Virus record (IMG/VR): IMGVR_UViG_3300044612_002233
Coordinates: 62,001 to 120,027 of that record
DNA length: 58,027 nt
Origin: an uncultured virus (IMG/VR IMGVR_UViG_3300044612_002233)
Taxonomy: Duplodnaviria > Heunggongvirae > Uroviricota > Caudoviricetes
Reading direction: 5' to 3' (one strand)
Part shown: piece after piece, positions 21,867 to 32,200 of the stretch
Layout of the letters: each line of letters begins with the position of its first letter
Numbering within the stretch: the first letter of the stretch is position 1
The notes under the pieces: generated by a model
The model's input: the letters and a program-made list of their open reading frames with translations, nothing else
What the model was told of the DNA's origin: nothing
The model's database searches: none
Translations under genes and position numbers: made by a program

Positions 21867-22751
21867 CTATGTAAAATCTGATATTGGAATAGTATCCCCA
21901 ATAACTCTGCCGCCCGCTTTTAATAAACAAACAGAAGGTATTGGCTGTGGTGATTCTGGCGAACCCAATAGGGCCGTATTTTTAACAGGTAACAGAACAA
22001 CGGTGTCCTGGTTTTGCGCTGGATTTTCTAATATGAATTTTACTATTACTTGATCTCTTACAATATATGTCCAATTATTATTATAGTCTAATGCAGTATA
22101 TACTGATGAGGCATTGTTATAAACCAGATTCGTTGGGTCGATACAACCAATAGCAGTGACGAAGGAAAATGTTCCAGAATATGATTGATTTGCTACGAAA
22201 TTAACAACCTTGTTAAGCTCAATTAAGGTATTAGAAATTAAACTTTTAACAAAATATGTTTCTGTGGTTGGTATTCCTGGGCCAGTAACTGTTGATCCTA
22301 GTGTTATTGATGAACTTGCTCCTGTTGTATCCGTTATTTGTATAATTGATCCTCCGTTAGGACCAATCCCTCCAGAAGAAGTTGACAAAAGAAGGGTGCC
22401 AGCAACACTAGCTTTTGATTCTGGTGAACATATTATTAATAAATAATCAGTATATAATACATTATTTTTTGTATCTTTTATCGTTAATCTTAATAAAGTT
22501 TTCGTTTGTATTTTCTGTAATGCCTTAACTTTCATAAAAATTTTTGGAACCAAACTTGCTGAACCCTGAATAGAATAAGATCCTGATGGAGGCTCAAAAG
22601 TTATTGTGGTTGGCGGATTTTTAGGTAGGTTAATTGGAGTATCAAAATATAATACATACTCTGTTTGTTTTTTTATAGAAGATGGGATAGGGAAATATAC
22701 AATAAATCCCTTTTGCCCTTCTTCTAATGAATAATTTTGTGTTGTAATCAT
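21867..22751 (-). CDS. Hypothetical virion protein, 294 aa
   Basis: Co-oriented and tightly packed. Contains ITLGSTVTGPGIP, a beta motif common in fibres. LYTDYLLIICSPE resembles the C-terminus of 16584-19298. Confidence 0.55.
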   Translation of the reverse strand: MITTQNYSLEEGQKGFIVYFPIPSSIKKQTEYVLYFDTPINLPKNPPTTITFEPPSGSYSIQGSASLVPKIFMKVKALQKIQTKTLLRLTIKDTKNNVLYTDYLLIICSPESKASVAGTLLLSTSSGGIGPNGGSIIQITDTTGASSSITLGSTVTGPGIPTTETYFVKSLISNTLIELNKVVNFVANQSYSGTFSFVTAIGCIDPTNLVYNNASSVYTALDYNNNWTYIVRDQVIVKFILENPAQNQDTVVLLPVKNTALLGSPESPQPIPSVCLLKAGGRVIGDTIPISDFT

Positions 22752-22752
22752 A

Positions 22753-23325
22753 TTATATTGTTTCTGATTGACATTTAATTGTTACTATTTTTTCAAGTAA
22801 TTTTTTATTATTCTGCGTTACTGATATTACTGAAAATTTAAAGATACTAATATTTTGTTGATTATTGAGAATGGCTAAATTAATTGGAAGAATTGCTCTT
22901 CTTACAGAAATAGTTTCATTAGTAGTAGTTCCTGGTTTAGGAATAGTATAATCAGAATACTTGGCATCTTGTATTATTATGTCTTCTATATTGGTATTCG
23001 TAGTTAACTCAACAAATTCAAAACTATATTTATATGGTTCTGGTTTTAATTGTGTAATTTCAAACTCTAATATGGCGCCTAAACAACAATAATTCTCTAT
23101 ACTATCATTAGCAATGAGGTTATTTTCATAGTATGTCTTAATAGTTGGTATTGGATCAAAGCATACCGGCTGACTAACAAATTCAACAACTGATCCGTCT
23201 GTGAGTTTTGTATATAGTTTTCCAGTAACACTATTCATTACTAATTCACCAATTGATATCTGATCTGTGCTTGGAAATCCATCACCTTGCTCGTCTCTTT
23301 TAAATAATAGTTTCATGTTGGGCAT
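22753..23325 (-). CDS. Small fibre-adaptor-like protein with an N-terminal 'KR...P...GEL..N...GKLY' motif
   Basis: MKLLFKRD...FPSTDQISIGELVMNSVTGKLYTK matches a common N-terminal attachment motif of phage tail fibres (Mtd_N/hyaluronidase N-terminal-like). Confidence 0.6.
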   Translation of the reverse strand: MPNMKLLFKRDEQGDGFPSTDQISIGELVMNSVTGKLYTKLTDGSVVEFVSQPVCFDPIPTIKTYYENNLIANDSIENYCCLGAILEFEITQLKPEPYKYSFEFVELTTNTNIEDIIIQDAKYSDYTIPKPGTTTNETISVRRAILPINLAILNNQQNISIFKFSVISVTQNNKKLLEKIVTIKCQSETI

Positions 23326-25775
23326 ACTCCTGTGAATAGAATAGATCCAAAGTCCCAGTTGCTTAGCAGATCATTTTCTCTTTGTACAGCTAATTCTGGA
23401 TCTTCTTCCGATATTAAGTTTCCTGATGCATATATATAAGCATATGAACTTTGACCATTAGAATTATATGCTGATAGTCTATAGTGATAATTTATATTAG
23501 ATTCAGTACCATTTATAACTTCATTAGTAGAAGTAATAAGATTACTAGTATCATTATAATTCTGCCACGATATTCCAGCATCGTATGATTCTTCTATTCT
23601 ATATCCAAGAATTGGACTTGATCCATTTTGGCCAGCTTCCCAAGATAAAGCAATATCAGAATATATAGTATTATCAAATTCTCTAACATATGCTAAATTA
23701 TATGGAGCTTTTGGAACAGATGATCCTGGGGTCATGCCACTAGAAGCATCAGAGTATTCACCTATTCCAATTAGGTTTTGAGCAGATATTCTAAACTTAT
23801 ACTGGGTTGCGGCAGAAAGCCCCTTTATTGTCGCTCTTGTTGATTCTGGTTTTGCTCTATCAACAGAATATGGAGACTGTATATCGGTCCATGTGTCACC
23901 ATTATTGGTGGAAAACTGAATAATATAATTTATTATTAAACTGTTACCATCACTCTCTGGTTGATTCCATTTGATTGATAATTCACTATTACCAATACCG
24001 TTTGAATCAGGATCAAGAATTATACCGTAGGGTTTTCCTGGGGTTGTTGGATTGGTCTTTGGTACTCTGGATATTATCTTACCATTTTTATCAATTGTTA
24101 ATAAAGCATTTGTTATATATTTACCGCTATTATCTGATAACGGCAATGGTCTTAAATAAATGTCTTCAGTAATAATATTAGGACTATATATTGTCCTATC
24201 TACTGTTAAATCAGCATAATCATAAACATATCCTGTTATCGTCACCTCTCCTATTGTATAAGTACCAGTTGGTAATGAACTTATAACATATGCTCCGCTT
24301 GTATTAATAGAAACTTTTGCTCTAGTATCATAATTCCATCCTGAAGGATTTGTTTTTTCTCTATCTAGATACTTTACAAAATAAATACCGGAAGATGGAG
24401 ATCCGCTAGCTGCGTTTGGTACATTAGCATCTACCTTAAGAGCAGGAATCATACCTACTGGAATATTATGTGAATTTAATCCAAAAATATTTTCATCATA
24501 ATTTCCATATCTTGTTTTTCTTTGTCCATAAACAAGGAAGTCTATGTTTTCACCAAGCATATTAAATGCTGTATGAGTATCTGGTCTTATACTGATACTA
24601 TTAAGTGTGCTTGGTTTAAATTTTAATTGACTATTTTGTAGTTCGTCTTGTATGCAATTATATTGGTTCTTTGCAGTTCTTCCCAACTGCATATCCATAT
24701 ATGCTCCCTTAGTAACAGAGAATGCGTATCCATTCCCTAAATATGAGTTACCATCTGACCAAGGCTTTGGCGTACAAATTTTAATAGCTAAGCCTTGTAC
24801 CGTTTGATCTGGTTCTCCATCGGGGTCAATAAAGTCTGCTTCTTGATAGAGGTCTTCTAATGGAGTAACTAGGTCAATAGAATCTTGTTCAGCTCCGTAC
24901 CTAACTTCTGCTGCAAATTTAACATATACAATTTCTCTCGTATCATTTCTCATTAATTCAATAGTATCAAAACCTATTCCAAATTCTGATTCTAGTATTT
25001 CTTGAGTTAATGCTGTGGCACTTATACTAGCATCTGCCCATTTAGGTTTATTAATATAAAATATGATTCTACCATCTTCGACCTTAACTGGTCTCTTTGA
25101 GAATCTATTCCATTTAACCCCATCTGCATTAAGATACACTGCTGGAGACCACTCTGCGGGCTGATCTTTTCCCATGTGTGTAAGAATATTACCTTTATAT
25201 CCTTCAAAGTTTGGATATATTTGTATTCCTTCTGTTATTTTTGTTATAGCATTTATTGTAACTTTTGCTGGGATTTGAACGCTATCAATAGTAGTAGATG
25301 GTTCATATTCTATTTGTGAAAATGCTTTTATCTCGTGACTATTTGGATTATCAAAATTACCGGAACTTACATATAAAGGTCCGTATGGTTGACTTGGCAT
25401 TGTTATAGCATTCAATCCAGTATTAAAAACCAATTTATTTCCCGGAATTGCTGCTAAATCATTTTCTCCAGATCTATATATCAAAGCACCTTCAGACCCA
25501 GGATAAGACGGTATTATATTTCCACTGGAGTCTATTTTGCTTATTTGTTGATATAAAAGATTTTTAGATCTTAATCCACTAACGTCAACATATCCTTGTG
25601 ATATAAGTTGTATTCCGCTTCCGCCAACTAACCACATATTACCACTTGCTGATAATTGAATATTCTTATCTCCAAGAACATTAAAATATTGTCCATCTAT
25701 TTTTTTATTTCCAGTATTTATACTAACTCCTGGCCAGCTTTTTGGACCTAGTATTGTAAACCATGAATTGCTCAT
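23313..25775 (-). CDS. Virion protein with two C-terminal fibronectin type III domains
   Basis: PGKP...IKWNQPESDGNSLIINYIIQFS...GLSAATQYKFRISAQNLIGIGEYS and PKAPYNL...LSWEAG.NGSSPILGYRIE...YHYRLSAYNSNGQS at ~23430-24050. Confidence 0.8.
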   Translation of the reverse strand: MSNSWFTILGPKSWPGVSINTGNKKIDGQYFNVLGDKNIQLSASGNMWLVGGSGIQLISQGYVDVSGLRSKNLLYQQISKIDSSGNIIPSYPGSEGALIYRSGENDLAAIPGNKLVFNTGLNAITMPSQPYGPLYVSSGNFDNPNSHEIKAFSQIEYEPSTTIDSVQIPAKVTINAITKITEGIQIYPNFEGYKGNILTHMGKDQPAEWSPAVYLNADGVKWNRFSKRPVKVEDGRIIFYINKPKWADASISATALTQEILESEFGIGFDTIELMRNDTREIVYVKFAAEVRYGAEQDSIDLVTPLEDLYQEADFIDPDGEPDQTVQGLAIKICTPKPWSDGNSYLGNGYAFSVTKGAYMDMQLGRTAKNQYNCIQDELQNSQLKFKPSTLNSISIRPDTHTAFNMLGENIDFLVYGQRKTRYGNYDENIFGLNSHNIPVGMIPALKVDANVPNAASGSPSSGIYFVKYLDREKTNPSGWNYDTRAKVSINTSGAYVISSLPTGTYTIGEVTITGYVYDYADLTVDRTIYSPNIITEDIYLRPLPLSDNSGKYITNALLTIDKNGKIISRVPKTNPTTPGKPYGIILDPDSNGIGNSELSIKWNQPESDGNSLIINYIIQFSTNNGDTWTDIQSPYSVDRAKPESTRATIKGLSAATQYKFRISAQNLIGIGEYSDASSGMTPGSSVPKAPYNLAYVREFDNTIYSDIALSWEAGQNGSSPILGYRIEESYDAGISWQNYNDTSNLITSTNEVINGTESNINYHYRLSAYNSNGQSSYAYIYASGNLISEEDPELAVQRENDLLSNWDFGSILFTGVCPT

Positions 25776-25790
25776 AATTGAATTTCCTCT

Positions 25791-28700
25791 TTAAATAAAC
25801 CACCCAGGACCATTGGTTTTTTCGTCACACCACCAAGGAAGATTATCTGATTCTATTAAACCAGCATCTGAACATAAAGAGAATGTGTCTGTTTCTATTC
25901 TCTTGGGTTGAGCAGAGAATATACATCCAGTACAACTAGCTATAGTTCCTAATATTGATTTTGTATTACGATTATTCCATTGGTCATCAAGATTAGTGGC
26001 TGGCGTTTGTGTTTGCGTAATAGTTTGTGTGTTTGTTTGTGTGTTTGTTGTGTCTGTTCCACCACCTTGTGTGAAATTTAATTCAGATAATGATGACATT
26101 ATTGTGCCATCACCAATCATAATATGATCAGCATATAACCATCCACTCACACTTAAATTAGCAAATACTTTTGTTTCTTGGTTTGTTACAGCATCGATAC
26201 CTGAACCAACCAAATAAGGTTCGGGTCTTTTGATACTAACAGATGATGTTCCAGTAACACTGTTACCATTAACTGGTCTGTAGTATGCGGCTTTATGCCA
26301 TTCACTAAGTTCTGGTAGCCAGTATTTTCTATAAGATCCTTTAGCTATACTATAAGTGTCTACATCAGTAAGATATATATTATATGATCCATTATTAAGT
26401 ATATAATCAATATTATTTTCAGCAATTATTGGAAGAGCCCCATTGTGCATCCAATTTATAAATTTAATAGCATTTAAATAACTAACAAAAGTGACTGGCT
26501 TATTAATCATGGATGGTTTTGGAGAGTACTCATAAACTCCTGTGTCTATTCGTAGTATTCCTCCAAGGTTACTGCTCGTCATTCTAGAATCATATAATTT
26601 ACGATCTACTACCTTACTGCTAGCTGTTGCATTTAAGAACTTACAATATTGACTATTAGTAATTTCATATTTACCTATTCTATAAAAATTATTAACAACG
26701 CCTAGATTGTTTAATATTATAGGAGAATATGATCCAGTTGATCCTTTAACATATGTACTTGATGAATCTTTAATATTTCTAGGATCACCAACCGTAACAA
26801 AGGACATATTTAGTCCGGTTGCCTGAGATATAGCGGCCGAATCAATTATTCCCTGTAGCCCTGCTATTCTGAAGCCAACATAATCAAATCCCGACATTCT
26901 AGGAAGAGACTCTATACTTTTTAAACCACTGGGGCCTATTTCAACATCGTCTGTTGTTAAGTAAGATCCTCCAGCGGTAAACTCGTTTATGTCACGAGAT
27001 TCTATAGATGCTTTTTCAACCCACTCTGCAACGTTTCCGTTCTGATCGTATGTTCCATAATAAGATGGTAATCCATTTGTTCCAATATCTGATAATACTC
27101 CACTAAATAAATTTCTGCTAATATTATAATTATAATTTGCAGATGAGTAGTAGTTTGAAATGCCGCTTCCTCCAGTTGTTACCACAATAGGAAACATATC
27201 TGTTCTAGTGGTTGCAAATGGAGAATAAATGCCAGATGGTTGTAATACTCTGCCAGAATTAGCTTTAATTAATAGTGCTGGTTGTTCATCAAGTCCATAA
27301 ACTATAAAATTAATATCTTTTTGTTTGCTGTTAAAGACAGTATCTGTTAATGGTCGCACACTAAGAATATTTTCTGTTGAATCAGACAATGTACCTTCAT
27401 CAACACTCTTAGTCATCGTTAAATATCCACCCTTAGTTATAGAGTAAACATTAACATTTGATGTAATATTTTGTACAATATTTTGATCTACTAAAAGTCC
27501 AACAACGGCACTACCATTTGATTCTAAACTAATAATTTTTCTGTATATATTAGATCCATTTGATGAGATCACTATTTGATCTCCAGCAGCAAACTCATCA
27601 GCAGAAACACTATCTGTGAAAGTAATTTGTCTCAAGCAGGCTGTTGCGGGTCTTGGGGAATACTTTGTCCAAATAACATCTCTTTCAGTTAAGAAATAGT
27701 CATCTAAAGTATATATTCCAGTGATTGCTCCATTTGACGTTGTGCTCAATAATTTATTTGCTGGCACAGGAAGTAAAAGAGCCCCTGCCGAATCAATACT
27801 GAGTGGACTATTAATTAGTTTACCGCCAGAAGCCATCAATAGTCCGCTAGATCCCAAATTACTAATAGTAATATTAGTAACATCAATATTTTGTGAAGAT
27901 ATGGTTGTTAGGTATGAGGTTCCTGTAGCATATACTGAGGACGATGAGAATGTTATTGATGATTGGGGACTAACTGTTATCTGACTATTTCCATTAGATA
28001 ATAGTAAATTACCATTATTGTTAATTTGTAATCTATTTCCACTATATCCAACATATGTAGAATCTACTGTAGTTTGTATGGTTTTTATTCCTGTGACACC
28101 AGAAACTACTGTGATATCTAGTGAACCCTTTTCTCCATAAACTGTTGTATTAACTGCTCGTGATTCTATCTGGGCATAATTTGTTTGATTGCCTGTAGAA
28201 TTTTTAGCAGAAAGGTTGATCTGGGAAACAACACTACCACTTGCTATATCTGTTGACGGTTTATGATAAAGAGTTATATTAGCTGGATAGCAGGATGTTC
28301 TATTCTCTAGTCTTAAGCCTTCTTGACAAACGGTATTAACAATATGGAATACTGTTGATGGCCGTGAGCCTGACGGAATGTTGATTCCTACTCTTCCGTC
28401 ATAAGAAAAAAATAAATTTTTACTTAACGATCCGCTTCCATAAACTATAAAATCGCTACCATTAGTACTATTGTTAACAATGAAAGGATATGTACCACTA
28501 GTTGGGATAATGGTATCTGCTGATGATGCTGAATTTGCTCCGATAAATACTCTTTGAGACTCTGAATCCCAATACATTTCGGCATTATTCATTTCTCCAC
28601 TTAATATAGAAAAAGTATCAGAATCATTATTTAATGACTGTACGCTCATTCTTTCTGGAGACTTATTATTTAGTACTACCCAATCCTTCCCTGTCGATGC

Positions 28701-29258
28701 TAATCTGGCATAATTATTAAATGAATCTAGTGTGCATACTAGTGACCCATCTTTATTATTCACAAATAATGAGTTTGATGATTCTATTAGTTTTAATTCA
28801 ATAATAATATTGTTTGACTGGTCTAATGATGGAAGACTAATGCTAATAGGTTTTGAAGAGCAGTCTACAAGATATAAGGCACTTATAGCATCTAAAGATA
28901 AGTCTTTATCAATAACGATTGTATTATTTAGTCCTTTATCAAAAGAACTTTGATTAGCAAATACATAAAAATCATTACCAGAAGATGGAAAATCTACTGT
29001 ATTGTTATTATTAGACGATGAAATAGTCTCAATTCTTTTAACAACAATATTACCACTATTATCAAATACTATTTCTCCAACACCAGTTTCAAATAAGCGA
29101 CTATTTAAGTTTCTGGCTATGTAAGGAATTAAATATCCTACATGATTAGTATTAAGAATATTATATGTTTTTATAGCAGATACTGGCTTAATAACGTCAT
29201 TTTCTATAACGAAATTAAATCCAATATTATCAAATACTCTTATTAGTTTGTTTGACAT
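25791..29258 (-). CDS. Tail fibre-like protein with a permuted FGE/CLec domain
   Basis: First gene after the TMP. It has fibre-shaft motifs (GRVGINIP...FHIV) and, at ~26280-27145, SYYGTYDQNGNVAEW...VGFRIA...FVTVGDPRN...IGKYEITNSQY...LPELSEWHKAAYY. Confidence 0.72.
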   Translation of the reverse strand: MSNKLIRVFDNIGFNFVIENDVIKPVSAIKTYNILNTNHVGYLIPYIARNLNSRLFETGVGEIVFDNSGNIVVKRIETISSSNNNNTVDFPSSGNDFYVFANQSSFDKGLNNTIVIDKDLSLDAISALYLVDCSSKPISISLPSLDQSNNIIIELKLIESSNSLFVNNKDGSLVCTLDSFNNYARLASTGKDWVVLNNKSPERMSVQSLNNDSDTFSILSGEMNNAEMYWDSESQRVFIGANSASSADTIIPTSGTYPFIVNNSTNGSDFIVYGSGSLSKNLFFSYDGRVGINIPSGSRPSTVFHIVNTVCQEGLRLENRTSCYPANITLYHKPSTDIASGSVVSQINLSAKNSTGNQTNYAQIESRAVNTTVYGEKGSLDITVVSGVTGIKTIQTTVDSTYVGYSGNRLQINNNGNLLLSNGNSQITVSPQSSITFSSSSVYATGTSYLTTISSQNIDVTNITISNLGSSGLLMASGGKLINSPLSIDSAGALLLPVPANKLLSTTSNGAITGIYTLDDYFLTERDVIWTKYSPRPATACLRQITFTDSVSADEFAAGDQIVISSNGSNIYRKIISLESNGSAVVGLLVDQNIVQNITSNVNVYSITKGGYLTMTKSVDEGTLSDSTENILSVRPLTDTVFNSKQKDINFIVYGLDEQPALLIKANSGRVLQPSGIYSPFATTRTDMFPIVVTTGGSGISNYYSSANYNYNISRNLFSGVLSDIGTNGLPSYYGTYDQNGNVAEWVEKASIESRDINEFTAGGSYLTTDDVEIGPSGLKSIESLPRMSGFDYVGFRIAGLQGIIDSAAISQATGLNMSFVTVGDPRNIKDSSSTYVKGSTGSYSPIILNNLGVVNNFYRIGKYEITNSQYCKFLNATASSKVVDRKLYDSRMTSSNLGGILRIDTGVYEYSPKPSMINKPVTFVSYLNAIKFINWMHNGALPIIAENNIDYILNNGSYNIYLTDVDTYSIAKGSYRKYWLPELSEWHKAAYYRPVNGNSVTGTSSVSIKRPEPYLVGSGIDAVTNQETKVFANLSVSGWLYADHIMIGDGTIMSSLSELNFTQGGGTDTTNTQTNTQTITQTQTPATNLDDQWNNRNTKSILGTIASCTGCIFSAQPKRIETDTFSLCSDAGLIESDNLPWWCDEKTNGPGWFI

Positions 29259-29261
29259 ATA

Positions 29262-32200
29262 TTAGGTTCTCATTGGGCGATTATTGGCTGCAGTGTTTAG
29301 ATTACCTTCAAATTGTGATCTGTCATATTTTGCCATAGTGTTTTGACTAGTTTGACTACCAGCTAATTGTCCTGCTTGTGCTGCACTACTTACTATTCTA
29401 TCTCCTTCTTTTCCTAATCCTGTAAAATCAACAACTTGTCGCCCAGTAACTTCTGCTGTTAATGATGTTGGTATTTGACTAGCAGTCTCTGACCAAGTAT
29501 TTGCTGAACTAGCAATTGTTTGTGAAGCACTAGCGAATGTTTGGCCGAAATTATTTAATGTTTCAGTACTACTTTGCATCATTTGACTATATGTTTCCAT
29601 TCCTGATTGGAGTGCGGTGCTTAGTTGGTTCATGGCCTGTCCTACTGCAGCACTAATACTAGACGATATATCATTAGATACACCACTACTACCACTACTA
29701 CCGCCACTACCTCCACTAACTAGTCCAGCTGCAGCATAATATTTGGGTGCAACTATTCCACCATTGGCCAAATAGTTAACAATTCCACCTCTATTGAAAT
29801 GGCCACTATTTATAGCATTAAGTAGAGGCATATGCTGCTGACTAGATTCTCTGTTAACAACAAATTCTCCAGGAGTTAGCATGGCTGGTACAGTATCTGT
29901 TCCCTGAGATAGATAAGGTATTAATGCTCCATTATTAGCATATACTATACCACCCTTATTAAATTTTTGTATTCCTAATTTATGTAATTTTTCAATAATT
30001 TCTGGCGTAACTTCATCGGCTGGGATATTATATATTTCCGTTGATTTAGCTCTAAGACTTGGACCTCTAACATGGATTCCTCCTTGTGAATCAAACTCAT
30101 AAACAGGTTTACCAGTATCTTCTACCTGGGCGTGGGCTTTGGTTTCAAACTTTTCTAATGATCTCTTACCAGTTTTAGGATCAATAATAGCACCTTCAAA
30201 ACCACTATAGTTGACATATTTATTATCAACACTCGTGGTTGATCTACCTGTTCCGACTCCTCTAGACTGTTTATAAGAATTACTCAATCTACCATAAGCT
30301 TCAGCTGATTCTATGAGATCTGCTGGCGCATTTCGCATAGATCCATATGTTCTAAATTGATTTGGTATGCCAGCTTCTACAGCACTTTTCCATAAAGGAT
30401 CACTCTCATCATAATAAGATTGTCCCAAACCAGTCTTTTCTATTTCAAAAACTCTCTTACCTTCATCTATTTGTGCTTGATAAAGCATAGTGTTTCTAGT
30501 CTTTAATAATTTATCAATTTCTTCTTTTTTACTAACTCCTTTTTTAAGTCCAAACCAACTATCTGGCTTTTCTTGAGATCTTAGAGATGCTATTTGAGCA
30601 TCAAGTTGTGCTAGTTGTTTATTTGCAGTAAGAGATGCTGGGGTCTTAGCTTGGTTGACTCCTGCTATAAAATCATCAAACGTAGCTTTGGATGCTGCTA
30701 ATCTCGCTTCACGTTCTGCTATTCCTCTTTTTGTAATTGGAGTGTCTAGTAGGTCTGCTTTCATTGGATTATAAAGACCAGGGCCTTGTTTGTGTTTTCC
30801 TGTTCTCCTAACACCCGGAATAACCATTTGAGCATTCTCACTCCCGGCTATCGGGCGCTCCTTTGATACTTTCGGATCATATGTTCTAAGACCATCAGGA
30901 AATTGCCTGGCCTCTTTTACATCACGAATTAGTTTTAGATCAAAATCGTTATACCCTTTATCAAATTTCGCATATAATTGTGTCATCAGATCATCAGAAT
31001 TTAATCCGGAGTCTACTAGATACCTGGTTACATCATCGTATAGTGAGCTGTACGAAAGGTGGCTTGGACCTTTGGTTGTATTTTTATCTATATATCTTGT
31101 AAAAAAACTATCTAAAGTTTCTTGCGCTTTAGTGTCTAAATTACTATTTTTAATAATACCTCGCATAGCAAATGCGCTCTCTTCTGCATTACTGGAGAAA
31201 GGCTTCATCCTAGCCTCTCTGGCTGCTTGCATTTGAGCTTTTTGACCAGATGTCATGCTCTCAAGCTCAGCTTTTTGCATTTTTGCCAAGCTTTGTCTTT
31301 CAGCCTGTCTGCTTGATCTAACAGAAGCTCTACTTTGTTCTCTTAATTCCGCTTTACTGGGTGCTTTTTTAGTTGATTGTGTTGCTGTTGCGGTTGATGC
31401 TGTTGACTTCGCTTTGGTTCCAGCGGGCGCCAAATCAGCAAAAGAAGATTGTGCAAATGGTACGACTTGTCCTTTTACTTTTTTGGTTTTCCAAACCGAT
31501 AATAAACGATCTGGAGACGGACGAACAATTGTACCATCTTTTAATCTAATACCATTTTTTAATATCGTATCATATTGAGATAGTGAATCTGGATCGCTAG
31601 CCAATTCAACTATTTTATTTAATCTTGCTTGTAGTTCAGCTGATCCTCCTAAATCAGGATGTGTAAACTTATTATATTTTCTTACTAGATCACGAACCCC
31701 TTGCGAAGTTAATGGTGTTCCTGGTTGAACTCCTAGTATATCATATACTGATGATTCTGATGAAGATAATTTGGATAAAAATTCTTCTTTACTCATTTCT
31801 TTAGCACTATCAATAGCACTTGATGCTTTTCCTGCTTTTGATGGAGTTGTGGACGATTTAGCGTCCGCTTTTGCTGCCGCCGCATCAACTTTCGCTCTAT
31901 CTGCTGCTTCTTGTTGTACTTTAGCAGCGTCTTTTGCTCTCGTTTTGGCAGCAGCATCGTCTTGCATTTTAGCAGCATCGGCTTTTGCTTTTGCAGCAGC
32001 GTCTGCTTTAACTTTTGCAGAAGCGTCTGCATCTGCTCTGGCTTTATTAACCGATTCAGCTTGTGTCTTAGATGAATCAAGTTTAGCTTTGGCGTCTGCA
32101 TCTGCCTTAGTTGTGGTTCTTAAACTATCGTCTACCGATCCGCTTCCTGGGGTGGCATCAGGAACTTGACCCTTTCTTGGCTGAACATAGACAGTGGATG

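Noticed and set aside
9608..29258. Diversity-generating retroelement suggested by the CLec/FGE domains
   Set aside because: I saw no reverse transcriptase and no near-identical TR/VR pair differing at adenines. The three copies are diverged paralogues. A DGR elsewhere in the genome cannot be excluded.
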